Assembly: GCA_031281255.1 (NCBI GenBank)
Contig: JAITFR010000214.1
Location: 7,996 to 71,995, forward strand
DNA length: 64,000 nucleotides
Direction of reading: 5' to 3'
DNA from: Oscillospiraceae bacterium
GTDB lineage: Bacteria; Bacillota; Clostridia; Oscillospirales; Oscillospiraceae
Position 1 is the stretch's first letter. Every line of letters starts with the position of its first letter. This document shows, piece by piece, positions 28,862-38,366 of the stretch. Made by a program: the position numbers and the translations under genes. A model generated the notes under the pieces. That model was given only the letters and a program-made list of their open reading frames with translations. It made no database searches and had not been told where the DNA came from.

Positions 28862-31411
28862 CTATCTTACTAAAAAAACATTATATCTTCGCAAAGCATA
28901 TATAAACTCAACGAATTGAAAATCGCTTATTTGCATAAACTCTTCAATACTCATATTTCCATATCTTGTACCAAGAATTAATATAAAACCATTTTCATAT
29001 GACCTGTTAATTATACCATAAAAATCAATATTGTCAACTGGTGTGATATAAATAGTATCAAACTCTAGCAAATGCCAATAAATTGCAGCGATATCTCCAT
29101 TTTCTTTGTTGACTATCACCACTGGTAAATCATGATAAACACTCAGTTTATAATCTGTATATTTATCATCAGAGTGTAGGTATAATAAACAAATATTGCT
29201 GATTAGCAAAGTAACAAGAGGTACAGCAATAATTATATACATAGCGAGTTTGCTTTTAATGCCTATAGAACGTAACGCATATATTAAAAGAATAACAAAT
29301 AATAAACTTACAAATGGTGTGTAGTTGGCTATATACCTGTAGTCAAGCCATGTTGCTATTTGTGATATCATTAGAAAACCACATAATGTAGATAATCCTA
29401 TTAAGATACAAATAATAAATGTATTATTATGTAGTAATCTTGTAATTTTAATACTTTTACATCTATTTAACAAAATTGTAAAGATTGAAACTATACAAAC
29501 TATAACAACTGTTATCAATCCCATTCCAGAGAAAACCTTGTCTAATATCATATTTAAATATGTGTTAACGCCAAGTAAACCATTGCCACTATTACCAAAT
29601 AATCCTTCAATCGCTCCTGTTCCATGTTGTGTACTAAGTATTAAAGATATAGTATTACGACTAAACAGCAAAAATAAAACAACTGATGCAAACAATGGTA
29701 AAGTCGTTTTAAACAAAAGCATAAATTGTTTCTTAATAATTAATAACGTACAAAAGAATATAAATATAAAAAACGCAAAAACAACAAAATAATAATGTGT
29801 TATTACACCTAGAAATGCAGATAATTGTAAAAATACAAAATATTTATTCTCCCATCCTCGTGATAATAGCCGGCAAATTAAGTATGCAAACAAAACACAG
29901 AAGAAAGTTAACATCATATACATTCTGATGAATACAACAATATCAATAGCAGCACTACTTACTCCCCATACAATACACGGTAATAACGCAAGATATTTAT
30001 TATCTATCAGCATAAGTCCAAACTTATATAATAAAATCAAAATACCAATGTATAGTAATATATTCAATGCAATCGCAGGCCATATAGTAAATGTATCTGG
30101 AAAAAATGAGTATATTGTGTGCATAGCATAAAAATAAAGTTGCGGGTGTACAGAGTTTGCTGCTAATCCGCGATATGTAAATGCGTCTTCTTTTGATATT
30201 GTTATATGTGATAATAATTCTTGAGAGGTAAGCCATTCGTTATAGAAATCACTTTGGCGATATGGTCTAGTTTGACCATCACTGTTAATTTGCATAAAAG
30301 TGAACATTTCATCAATATGAAATCCATTTTTTTGCGTACCCCAATAAACCATATAAGCTGTTAACACTATAATTACAGCTAGCAGTAGAAATATATGTTT
30401 ATTTTTCTTTATTTTATTAGTTGTTCTAATGAAACCTCTCTCAGACTTCTCATTTGATAGCTCATTAAAATGTTGAGATGTTTTATCACCATTTCGAATA
30501 CTAACTTCAACACTCTGTACCTCATCAGCATACGGGCTTTCTAAAGCAACTTTTTGCCAAATCTCAAACATCTCACCGGTTGAGCTTTGCCAAGGTTTTA
30601 CTTTTTCTAAATAATGTATGATAACTGGTCGTTCATGAGCTTCTGTTACTTCTTGTGATGGGAAAACAAAATCTACAACAACAGATGTTACTGCGGGGTC
30701 GGCAAAACGTGCTGCTTGATAATTATATTTAAGTGGTAAAAACACTATTCGTTCATAACAAGCTATATTTAAAACATCTTGATCGGCACATAACAAATCT
30801 CTATTTAATAACTTAAAAAACTTTTCATCAATTTTATCTCTTCGTATTGTTGCTAAGTTCATTAGTAAAACACCAGCATTGAGATAATTATCAAACGATT
30901 TAAGACCAACTTGGTTACAGTAAAGTTTAGCGTGTTCATTATCAGGATTCGCAAGATTTGTAGCAAAAATAGCGGATTGTACACCTGCCAAGTAATTGTC
31001 TCCAATATCAAAGTTTATCAGATCTGATAAATCCTCACAAACAATTATATCACTATCTAAATATATACATTTTTCATGATGAGGAAGTATTTTTGTTAGT
31101 AATAATCTAAAATATGCTACTTTTGACACATGATCAGGTGTTGATGGAGCATCATTAAAAAGCTTGATGTAACTATCATCAATAAAAATCCATTTAATTG
31201 TAGTATTTGGGTATTTCTTACTAAGTATATCAAAATGTGCTAATGTTTTTTTATCAAACTTTTCCGGTACAAGTAAATAAAATATATAGTCAGTAGTAGA
31301 TTTTTTTGAAGATAGAATTGAACTAATAGCTACACATGTAGGCATAGCATAATTTTTATCAAGAGCCATGACTATGGGTATTTTATTTTTTTGTAACTCA
31401 GTGGTACTCAC
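28862..31411 (-). CDS. Fusion protein: N-terminal GT8 glycosyltransferase plus a C-terminal GT-C membrane module paralogous to 27251..28861
   Basis: Residues about 1-300 carry the GT8 blocks (IPIVMALDKNYAMPTC, YLDSDIIVCEDL, ADQDVLN). From about residue 335 onward the sequence parallels the neighbouring GT-C protein (NGFHIDEMFTFMQ; EDAFTY...HPQLYFYAMHTIYSFFPDTFTIWPAIALNILLY versus EDAFTY...HPPLYFYAIHTVNSLFPDVFSIWPAISLNILVY). Confidence 0.8.
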   Translation of the reverse strand: MSTTELQKNKIPIVMALDKNYAMPTCVAISSILSSKKSTTDYIFYLLVPEKFDKKTLAHFDILSKKYPNTTIKWIFIDDSYIKLFNDAPSTPDHVSKVAYFRLLLTKILPHHEKCIYLDSDIIVCEDLSDLINFDIGDNYLAGVQSAIFATNLANPDNEHAKLYCNQVGLKSFDNYLNAGVLLMNLATIRRDKIDEKFFKLLNRDLLCADQDVLNIACYERIVFLPLKYNYQAARFADPAVTSVVVDFVFPSQEVTEAHERPVIIHYLEKVKPWQSSTGEMFEIWQKVALESPYADEVQSVEVSIRNGDKTSQHFNELSNEKSERGFIRTTNKIKKNKHIFLLLAVIIVLTAYMVYWGTQKNGFHIDEMFTFMQINSDGQTRPYRQSDFYNEWLTSQELLSHITISKEDAFTYRGLAANSVHPQLYFYAMHTIYSFFPDTFTIWPAIALNILLYIGILILLYKFGLMLIDNKYLALLPCIVWGVSSAAIDIVVFIRMYMMLTFFCVLFAYLICRLLSRGWENKYFVFLQLSAFLGVITHYYFVVFAFFIFIFFCTLLIIKKQFMLLFKTTLPLFASVVLFLLFSRNTISLILSTQHGTGAIEGLFGNSGNGLLGVNTYLNMILDKVFSGMGLITVVIVCIVSIFTILLNRCKSIKITRLLHNNTFIICILIGLSTLCGFLMISQIATWLDYRYIANYTPFVSLLFVILLIYALRSIGIKSKLAMYIIIAVPLVTLLISNICLLYLHSDDKYTDYKLSVYHDLPVVIVNKENGDIAAIYWHLLEFDTIYITPVDNIDFYGIINRSYENGFILILGTRYGNMSIEEFMQISDFQFVEFIYALRRYNVFLVR

Positions 31412-31447
31412 TAACTTTAAACCTTTAACTTTCGAAAATATTAATAC

Positions 31448-32701
31448 TTACTCATTCAACGCCCTATACACCTTCGCAAACCAGCTCCCGAATTCCCACG
31501 TTTTAGAGCTGTAAATTTCATTAATCTGTTGTGCTTGATCATTATTTTGATTAATCAACTCATTTCTATGGTGTACTAGTTCATCTATGTGCTTTTCCAA
31601 CTCGTTGTTTTTTAATTCCAAATCTTTATTAAGTTGCATTTGCTCATCATTTTGTTTAATTAATTCATAATTTTTCTGCTTTAACTCATCGATTTCGCTA
31701 TCTAAATAAGACACTGCTCTATCAATTGAACTTAAAACTGCACGAATGATTTTTTTATCGTCATTATCATTCGTTGTATACAACGATTTTAATTCTTCAT
31801 TACAAAACGAAACATTAATTAATCCGTTTACTAATAGTTTATCACCTAATTTTATAATTAATCGTTCAATATCTTCTTTTTTATTACAATTAAACAAACT
31901 GTATTCAATAGAAATTTCTTTCATTTTTTCTTTTGATATTTTACCATTTTCTTTTAATTCATTAAACAAAATACCAAGTTGCATTACATCAATTGCACTT
32001 CTAGGATCGCGCTCCGGTATAGTCCACCTGTTTATCCAGTTAGGAATTGCTCTTATCATAACTTGCTTTTGACTTCTAATTGGATAATGAGCACAGAACA
32101 AATCTTTTGTTTTGTTAATAGCTGTTGTATCTTTATGTTCATCCGGATATACAAGCCAATGAGTTCCGTAATAAGGACGTGCTTTTTTCTGCATAGCTAA
32201 ATATTTACTGATAATAACTGTGCCGGCGTGACCTTGTATATCATCTAATTTTTGATTTCTGTAAAACCGGAAATTATCCGGTATAAAACTTTTCTTTACA
32301 CATGGTTCATTTTCATAGATATATGTACGCCAAGGTACTTGATATTCAATATCTTCCCGCATATTCTCAAGTACATGTCGTGGGTTTATTCCATCAACAT
32401 GACATAAAAACTCATCTGCATCTAAAGGTATAACAAAATCTGCTCCATATTTCTGAAAAGCTTGTTTTATCATCATTTTTTTTGCAACCTCATAATGCAT
32501 ATCTTCATTATCATCAAAAAATATCGGTAAACCTTCATCAATTAATTTTTGTACAATTTCACGTGTGTTGTCACTGCTTTTATGATTTTCATAAACAAGT
32601 AACACATCTGAATATGTAAGATTATAACGAATAAATGATTCAATAATATCACTTTCGTTCTTAATACTTGTAATTATGAATATTTTCTTTTTTTCTTTCA
32701 T
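31448..32701 (-). CDS. GT-A (Glyco_tranf_2_4-like) domain protein with a C-terminal coiled coil
   Basis: The N-terminus IFIITSIKNESDIIESFIRYNL ... SSDNTREI ... PLDADEFL fits the GT2_4/GT92-like pattern. The last roughly 90 aa are heptad-rich (ELKQKNYELIKQNDEQMQLNKDLELKNNELEKHIDEL...). Confidence 0.65.
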   Translation of the reverse strand: MKEKKKIFIITSIKNESDIIESFIRYNLTYSDVLLVYENHKSSDNTREIVQKLIDEGLPIFFDDNEDMHYEVAKKMMIKQAFQKYGADFVIPLDADEFLCHVDGINPRHVLENMREDIEYQVPWRTYIYENEPCVKKSFIPDNFRFYRNQKLDDIQGHAGTVIISKYLAMQKKARPYYGTHWLVYPDEHKDTTAINKTKDLFCAHYPIRSQKQVMIRAIPNWINRWTIPERDPRSAIDVMQLGILFNELKENGKISKEKMKEISIEYSLFNCNKKEDIERLIIKLGDKLLVNGLINVSFCNEELKSLYTTNDNDDKKIIRAVLSSIDRAVSYLDSEIDELKQKNYELIKQNDEQMQLNKDLELKNNELEKHIDELVHHRNELINQNNDQAQQINEIYSSKTWEFGSWFAKVYRALNE

Positions 32702-32774
32702 CTTTTATCTCCAATACAAACGGTTGCAGATTACACGTTGTACAATAATTTCTTCTTTTATAACTTTTATTTTT

Positions 32775-35147
32775 TTAACGCTCTTTTTCATTGATTAATT
32801 TACAATACCTAAAAACACTATTAATGCACAATTTGTTTTGTTCGATGTTGATTTGCTGTTCTGCAATAACAGCATCTTTCTCTCTAATTATTTTCTCATA
32901 CTCATTGTATTGTGCTACAACTATCGGATCTACTATCCCTGATGTATTTTGTAATTTTATTGCAATTCTTCCTACAATACTCTTGATTTTACTTTTTGTT
33001 GACTTTGGTAAAGGTAGTAGCCTATATAAACCACGAAACATCTTATAACCTGTTTTAGCAGTTTTAATGATTATTCTCTTTATTATGTTTCTTTTATATA
33101 TCATTTGTTGATTATCAGAGATTTCATCTTTTTTACCTGCGGTTGCTTTTGATTTTATAGATTTAAATACTGTTTCACATCGTCTATTAAACGCTTCGAC
33201 TGTGAAGTTCATTGATTTTTTTACTGCTTGTTTTGCTAGAGCAACTCTTAGATTTTTATCATCTATTAATATACAAGTTTTTTCAATACATTCATTTACA
33301 TCATTCCAAAGATATCCATTTATTGAATCGTCGACAATCTCAGGTTGACCTCCTTTGTTTATTACTACCGGAACAACGCCATAACTCATAGCTTCAACTG
33401 TTGTTATTCCGAAATGTTCCGCTTTACATGGTTCTTCATCAATATTCTCTCCACATCCTGCCCAGTGCCAGAATATCTTAGCTTTTTCAAATAATGAAGC
33501 TACTGCTTCTGTTTTGATATCAATATGGATAAAGATAGGAAAATCTTCAATTAGTGATTTTATGGTTTCTACATATTGAATATCAGGTAAATTATCACTT
33601 AAGCCACCAACTAAATGAAGTTCATAATTTCTCATTTTCTCTTTATTTTCTATGAAACTTTTTACCATTTCCAGTTGTTTTTTATTATGTCCAGCAGTGA
33701 AAAACCTGCCTACGCTGAGTATAATATTTTCTTTTTTTGTTTCATCGTATAAACTTGAAATATTTTGCTTTGAAAAAACGGGAGGATAAATAATCTCATG
33801 ATTTTGATTTTCTCCCCAGTATTTTACAAACCACTCACATGAAAACTCTGAAATAGGTATAAACATATCATAACTATTTACAAATAACTCATTATTTATT
33901 TTAGCCATCTCACAATTAGGTTTTGGCGGAAACATACAAATGTATATATTCTTTCTTGCTCTACCTTGTTGTTTGCTTAAAAACATAAAGTTTATGAATA
34001 TATCGTATTCTGCTGTTATATTAGCTATAATCGGATTATTTTCTGGTATATCATCAAATGTTTTTGCTTTTTCTATATCAACTTTTCTTACATTAGTATG
34101 GTTTAATTGTAGATTAAATCTACTAGTTAACCTTTCTAATAATGTTATATTTTCGATTTCTAGTACATCATATAATAAATCATTTATAAGTATATCTATC
34201 TCTGCATCAGGATAGTAGCTTTCTAGAAACTCACATAAATGTCCCATATATTTCTCTCCGCCTCCTAGAATATATAGAGAAGGGTTATATATGAGGATTT
34301 TTCTACATACATCTGCTCTTTTATATATAAACTCACTATCATCTTCATTAGAAATAGTATTATAGAAATCATTTTTCTTTAATTCTGCACTCCAGTTAGT
34401 AATGAATAGTTTACAGTCTGCATCGTATATTTTTTGTTGTTTTGCTTCCATATGGTTTCCACGTGTTATTCCTTCATAATGAATGAGCTCAACTCCCGGT
34501 TGCATCATTATTGATAACCCTATTGCTCTCATCTTCAAACAAAAATCCACATCACCATAAAATGTTTGATATTCCTCGTTCATGTACCCTACTTGTTCAT
34601 ACACATCTCTTCGACTCATAGTACATGCTCCGGTCACCCAGATTACTTTGTGTGCCGCTCGCTGTTCCATCATTACATACCAAGTGTTTTTTGGTAACCC
34701 CGCATATTTATGCAGTGCATACGGTTCACTTTCTAATAAAATACCTCCCACATGCTGAACTCGTAAATCAGGATAATAAAGCACAGCACCTACTGCACCT
34801 ACATCATCATGTTTAGCAACTTCTATCATTAACTCTAACCAATTTGGAGTAAGTAATTTTGTATCATTATTTAACTGGACTATATAATCTCCATTAGATT
34901 CACGTACAGCGTAATTTACTATTTTCTGGTAATTGAACTCCGGATTATTGTACTCCAATATGCGTATATTTTTTTGCTTATCCAGTTCTTTATAGTACAA
35001 AAATGTTTCGTCTAATATACTATTATTATCTACAATGAGTATTTCATAATCCTTGTATGTTGTCAGTTGTAGTACTGACTCAACACATGGTCTTAAAAAC
35101 TCAAGCTTATCTTTATTTAGTATTATTATAGAAACCATCTTATTCAT
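32775..35147 (-). CDS. Two-domain glycosyltransferase (N-terminal GT2, central/C-terminal GT4) with a basic/coiled-coil tail
   Basis: VSIIILNKDKLEFL ... ILIVDNNS (GT2), and FGITTVEAMSYGVVPVVINKGGQPEIV (GT4 E-x7-E region). The tail contains YKMFRGLYRLLPLP. Confidence 0.85.
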   Translation of the reverse strand: MNKMVSIIILNKDKLEFLRPCVESVLQLTTYKDYEILIVDNNSILDETFLYYKELDKQKNIRILEYNNPEFNYQKIVNYAVRESNGDYIVQLNNDTKLLTPNWLELMIEVAKHDDVGAVGAVLYYPDLRVQHVGGILLESEPYALHKYAGLPKNTWYVMMEQRAAHKVIWVTGACTMSRRDVYEQVGYMNEEYQTFYGDVDFCLKMRAIGLSIMMQPGVELIHYEGITRGNHMEAKQQKIYDADCKLFITNWSAELKKNDFYNTISNEDDSEFIYKRADVCRKILIYNPSLYILGGGEKYMGHLCEFLESYYPDAEIDILINDLLYDVLEIENITLLERLTSRFNLQLNHTNVRKVDIEKAKTFDDIPENNPIIANITAEYDIFINFMFLSKQQGRARKNIYICMFPPKPNCEMAKINNELFVNSYDMFIPISEFSCEWFVKYWGENQNHEIIYPPVFSKQNISSLYDETKKENIILSVGRFFTAGHNKKQLEMVKSFIENKEKMRNYELHLVGGLSDNLPDIQYVETIKSLIEDFPIFIHIDIKTEAVASLFEKAKIFWHWAGCGENIDEEPCKAEHFGITTVEAMSYGVVPVVINKGGQPEIVDDSINGYLWNDVNECIEKTCILIDDKNLRVALAKQAVKKSMNFTVEAFNRRCETVFKSIKSKATAGKKDEISDNQQMIYKRNIIKRIIIKTAKTGYKMFRGLYRLLPLPKSTKSKIKSIVGRIAIKLQNTSGIVDPIVVAQYNEYEKIIREKDAVIAEQQINIEQNKLCINSVFRYCKLINEKER

Positions 35148-35156
35148 ACTGTAGAT

Positions 35157-36209
35157 TTATTGCTTTCCAATATAATCATCCACTCTACTATCTCCACGTT
35201 TTTTTAGTATCTCTACTGCATCTTTTACTTTTTGTGTTTGGTCTTTATGACATATCAAAAGTGCATCGTCCATATCTACAACTACTAAATCTGAAACCCC
35301 TATAAGTGCTATTGCTTTATTTTTTTCAGAATACACTATGTTTTTTGCACTATTAAGCATTATTTCATCACCGAATTGTACATTGTCTGCTTCGTCACGT
35401 TTTGCGTGTTGTTTTTCACAAAATGTACCAAATGTACCAAAATCACTCCAACCGGCATCTAGTGGTACACAATACACATTGTCCATTTTTTCTATAAGTC
35501 CGTAATCTACTGATATTGATGGTGTTTTATCAAAGCTTTCTTCTATATCACTAGTTCTGAATGCTTCATAAACTTCAGGGTTGTAGTTCATTACAGCATC
35601 TTCAAATTGCTCTGATTGAAATACAAATATACCACTGTTCCATAGATAACCTTGTTCAACATAACGTATTGCTGTGTCATAGTCAGGTTTTTCTTTAAAC
35701 TCCAAAACCTCGAAACCACCTTGTAGAGGATTACCCGGTTTAATATATCCATACCCTGTTTCTGGTCTATCAGGTTTTATACCAAATGTTACAAATCCGC
35801 TACTAGCAAGGGTTTCTGCTGTTTTTACTGTATCAGCAAGAGCTTGAGGGTTGTCAACTATATGATCTGATGAAAAAACTGCACATATATCATCAGTTTT
35901 CTCTCGTATAGTCTGTACAGCGTACATTATCGCCGGTAGTGTGTTTTTTGCTTCAGGTTCTAATAAAATCTGTTCATAAGGTATAGATACATTCATCTCT
36001 TTAAGCTGTTCATTTACCAATTCAGAATAGTTCTCACTTGTCACTAAGTAAATATCATTTTGCTCACCTATAAGTAAGCACCTCGATATTGTTTCTTGAA
36101 ATACCGATTTTTTCATTCCTGAGAGTTTTATAAATTGCTTTGGATAATTTGTTCTGCTAAGAGGCCAAAGTCTTGTACCTGACCCTCCCGCCATAACTAT
36201 CAATTTCAT
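35157..36209 (-). CDS. manC: Mannose-1-phosphate guanylyltransferase (GDP-mannose pyrophosphorylase, no cupin/PMI domain)
   Basis: MKLIVMAGGSGTRLWPLSRTNYPKQF is the ManC/CpsB N-terminal signature. AGGAGGG SD lies 6 nt before the ATG. Confidence 0.9.
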   Translation of the reverse strand: MKLIVMAGGSGTRLWPLSRTNYPKQFIKLSGMKKSVFQETISRCLLIGEQNDIYLVTSENYSELVNEQLKEMNVSIPYEQILLEPEAKNTLPAIMYAVQTIREKTDDICAVFSSDHIVDNPQALADTVKTAETLASSGFVTFGIKPDRPETGYGYIKPGNPLQGGFEVLEFKEKPDYDTAIRYVEQGYLWNSGIFVFQSEQFEDAVMNYNPEVYEAFRTSDIEESFDKTPSISVDYGLIEKMDNVYCVPLDAGWSDFGTFGTFCEKQHAKRDEADNVQFGDEIMLNSAKNIVYSEKNKAIALIGVSDLVVVDMDDALLICHKDQTQKVKDAVEILKKRGDSRVDDYIGKQ

Positions 36210-36220
36210 ACTAATCCCTC

Positions 36221-36290
36221 CTACTCTCTACTCTCTACTCTCTACTCTCTACTCTCTACTCCCTACTCCCTACTCCCTACTCCCTACTCA
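36221..36290. repeat. Heptanucleotide tandem repeat, 10 copies (5x CTACTCT, 4x CTACTCC, 1x CTACTCA on the plus strand)
   Basis: Counted base by base. The repeat spans the stop codon of the 36277..38286 CDS (TAG at 36277-36279) and ends next to the manC SD. Confidence 0.95.
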
Positions 36291-38286
36291 ACAACCTATA
36301 CAGCTTCGGATGCCTATGTTTTAAGTTCTCAATTAATGAAAAACGCATCAGCGAAAATAGTTTATACTCGTTAAACCGTGAGTATAAATGGTTAAGAGTC
36401 AAAGAAAGCACATCTTTCTCAATTATTACCTCGTCTCTTTCAATTGTTAACTCGTGTTTTTCGTTTAATAAATTACCTTTTTCTACAATTAGCTCCTTTG
36501 TTTCGTTGTACAATCTCGTATTTTCTATTAAGTGCAACTCAATTTGATGGTTAAGATGCGAAATCTCAGCTTTTAATCCTGTCATACAAACATCTAAACG
36601 ATCATTAACTCCAGCTGATAATAGAATATCCATATGATAACGTTCATTTAGTTTTATCAAATCAACTTTTGTATTTAGTAACTCTGCAAAGAAACTCTCT
36701 AACTCTGTTGCTGCTCTATCCCATGTATCAATGAACTCTACACTAGCTAATGTAGTTGAAAAGTCTGTTTTATTTATTATATCACGTATATCATCAAAAT
36801 TATCATAAGTTATTATATATCTCTTAAAATCATAATAATGTTCCCTTAACTCTTTATTGAGGTCATTATTATTGACAATAATTATTTTATTTAACTTCAA
36901 GCATATAGTAATAGGTAATCCAAAACCTTCATATAAGCTAGGGAAGATCACAGCAGTGCAATTTGCATACAGATAACTTATAAAATCATCATCAAGAAAA
37001 CCACTTTGATATCCATAAATATTTGGTTTTATATAATCGTTTTCTCCCAAACCAATAACTATAAAGTTTTCTTGTGTATCTACAACAGCACTTATTGTTT
37101 CATTTAATGCTTTATGCTTATATGAGTTTCCAACAATTAAAAAATATTTATCAAAAGGTAAATCATACTCCATTTTTGGCTCATCTAACTTTGATGTTAG
37201 ATATATTCTTTTTTGCTTTAGCTTTTTCATATTATTTAAAATTGCAACAGATGAAAAATATGCTTTAAAATCATTTACTGCAAAATCACTTATAAATACA
37301 ATACCGTCACTAAGTAAAATACCTAACTCAATATCACCAATACCATCGACACTTACATGCTCGTCAATTCTTAATGCAATTATATCAAGTATTGATTGAA
37401 CAATTTTTAAGCAATGTTTATTTAGTGTAACTTGTTGTTCATAGAACATTAGTTGATTTGGTGAGAATCCAAGATGAAACTCACCATCTAATGTTTCAGG
37501 ATAAAGTACATTGATATATTTTTTTGAAAATTCAAAAAACTCATCCACTTCATGCGTTACATATAAATAAATATCATACTTATCAGAGAACAGTCTATAA
37601 AACGCATCATAATATGATCTTAAATATTCTGAAGTGCCATTATACTGTGGAGTTAAAGCAATACAATCAAACAATATTTTTTTCTTAGGATAATATTTTT
37701 CATCAATAAGTTTAAGAAACTCTACACAAGGGTTTTTATTATAAAGGCCAAAGCGTTCAGTTTTTTTATTCCAATAATGCTCATATCGCGATAAAAACAA
37801 TTCTTCATCAGCATTTGTTTCATCATTACTAAACTTATTATTGTCTCCAATATCATCTTTATATGAATACATTGCATGATAAACAGCTAGAGCAGAAAAA
37901 CCATACATGTTTATCCTGCAATAAAAATCTAATAGTGCCCAATGTAAACTGGTAAATGCCTCATCAAAAAAACCTAGCTTATCTATAACAGAACGTTTTA
38001 TAAGAACACAATCAACATTTACATTGATAGTAATTGTATATTCGGGTAAATACTTCCACGCTGTTTTTATAAGATTTTTATTGTTTTCTATTTCATAACC
38101 TACAGAGATTGCGTGCTTTTCTGCAGTTTTAAGACAGGATTTTAAACTATCCAAAGCACTCTCATGCAAAACTATGTCATCAGAGACAATTAGCACATCA
38201 GATTCAGGCTCAGCAAGAAATCTGCTCGTATACTCTTGAATAATAGTTTTTGTAGTTGTTAATTTGTTAATTGTAATCTTTAACAT
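36277..38286 (-). CDS. Multi-domain glycosyltransferase: truncated GT-A-like N-domain, GT4 (GT-B) domain, coiled coil and a conserved C-terminal tail
   Basis: FPSLYEGFGLPI (GT4 E-x7-E region). The N-terminal LIVSDDIVLHESAL resembles only the DxD half of a GT2 domain. A heptad-rich segment is followed by LTLNHLYSRFNEYKLFSLMRFSLIENLKHRHPKLYRLL. Confidence 0.75.
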   Translation of the reverse strand: MLKITINKLTTTKTIIQEYTSRFLAEPESDVLIVSDDIVLHESALDSLKSCLKTAEKHAISVGYEIENNKNLIKTAWKYLPEYTITINVNVDCVLIKRSVIDKLGFFDEAFTSLHWALLDFYCRINMYGFSALAVYHAMYSYKDDIGDNNKFSNDETNADEELFLSRYEHYWNKKTERFGLYNKNPCVEFLKLIDEKYYPKKKILFDCIALTPQYNGTSEYLRSYYDAFYRLFSDKYDIYLYVTHEVDEFFEFSKKYINVLYPETLDGEFHLGFSPNQLMFYEQQVTLNKHCLKIVQSILDIIALRIDEHVSVDGIGDIELGILLSDGIVFISDFAVNDFKAYFSSVAILNNMKKLKQKRIYLTSKLDEPKMEYDLPFDKYFLIVGNSYKHKALNETISAVVDTQENFIVIGLGENDYIKPNIYGYQSGFLDDDFISYLYANCTAVIFPSLYEGFGLPITICLKLNKIIIVNNNDLNKELREHYYDFKRYIITYDNFDDIRDIINKTDFSTTLASVEFIDTWDRAATELESFFAELLNTKVDLIKLNERYHMDILLSAGVNDRLDVCMTGLKAEISHLNHQIELHLIENTRLYNETKELIVEKGNLLNEKHELTIERDEVIIEKDVLSLTLNHLYSRFNEYKLFSLMRFSLIENLKHRHPKLYRLLSRE

Positions 38287-38310
38287 TCTGTGAAATCCTC
38301 ATGTTCTAAA

Positions 38311-38366
38311 GAAAACATCTTATTCATACTTTTATTACTTTCTAACATTATCATCCACTTTACTCA
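38311..38366 (-). other. Duplication scar: a degenerate copy of the manC 3-prime end, the intergenic spacer and the first codons (MNKM) of the 32775..35147 gene
   Basis: Aligned by eye with 35131..35195. The first 20 nt differ at 1 position. After a 5-nt gap, about 31 of 40 positions match. The relic reads SKVDDNVRK-stop versus the manC end SRVDDYIGKQ-stop. Confidence 0.6.

Noticed and set aside
36277-36290. Heptamer repeat as a coding-frame phase-variation switch for the upstream glycosyltransferase
   Set aside because: Only the last three sense codons and the stop lie in the repeat, and the reading frame enters from fixed upstream sequence. Every repeat unit contains TAG within a few codons in each frame. 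Copy-number change therefore cannot alter the protein; any effect must be on the downstream manC or on RNA structure.
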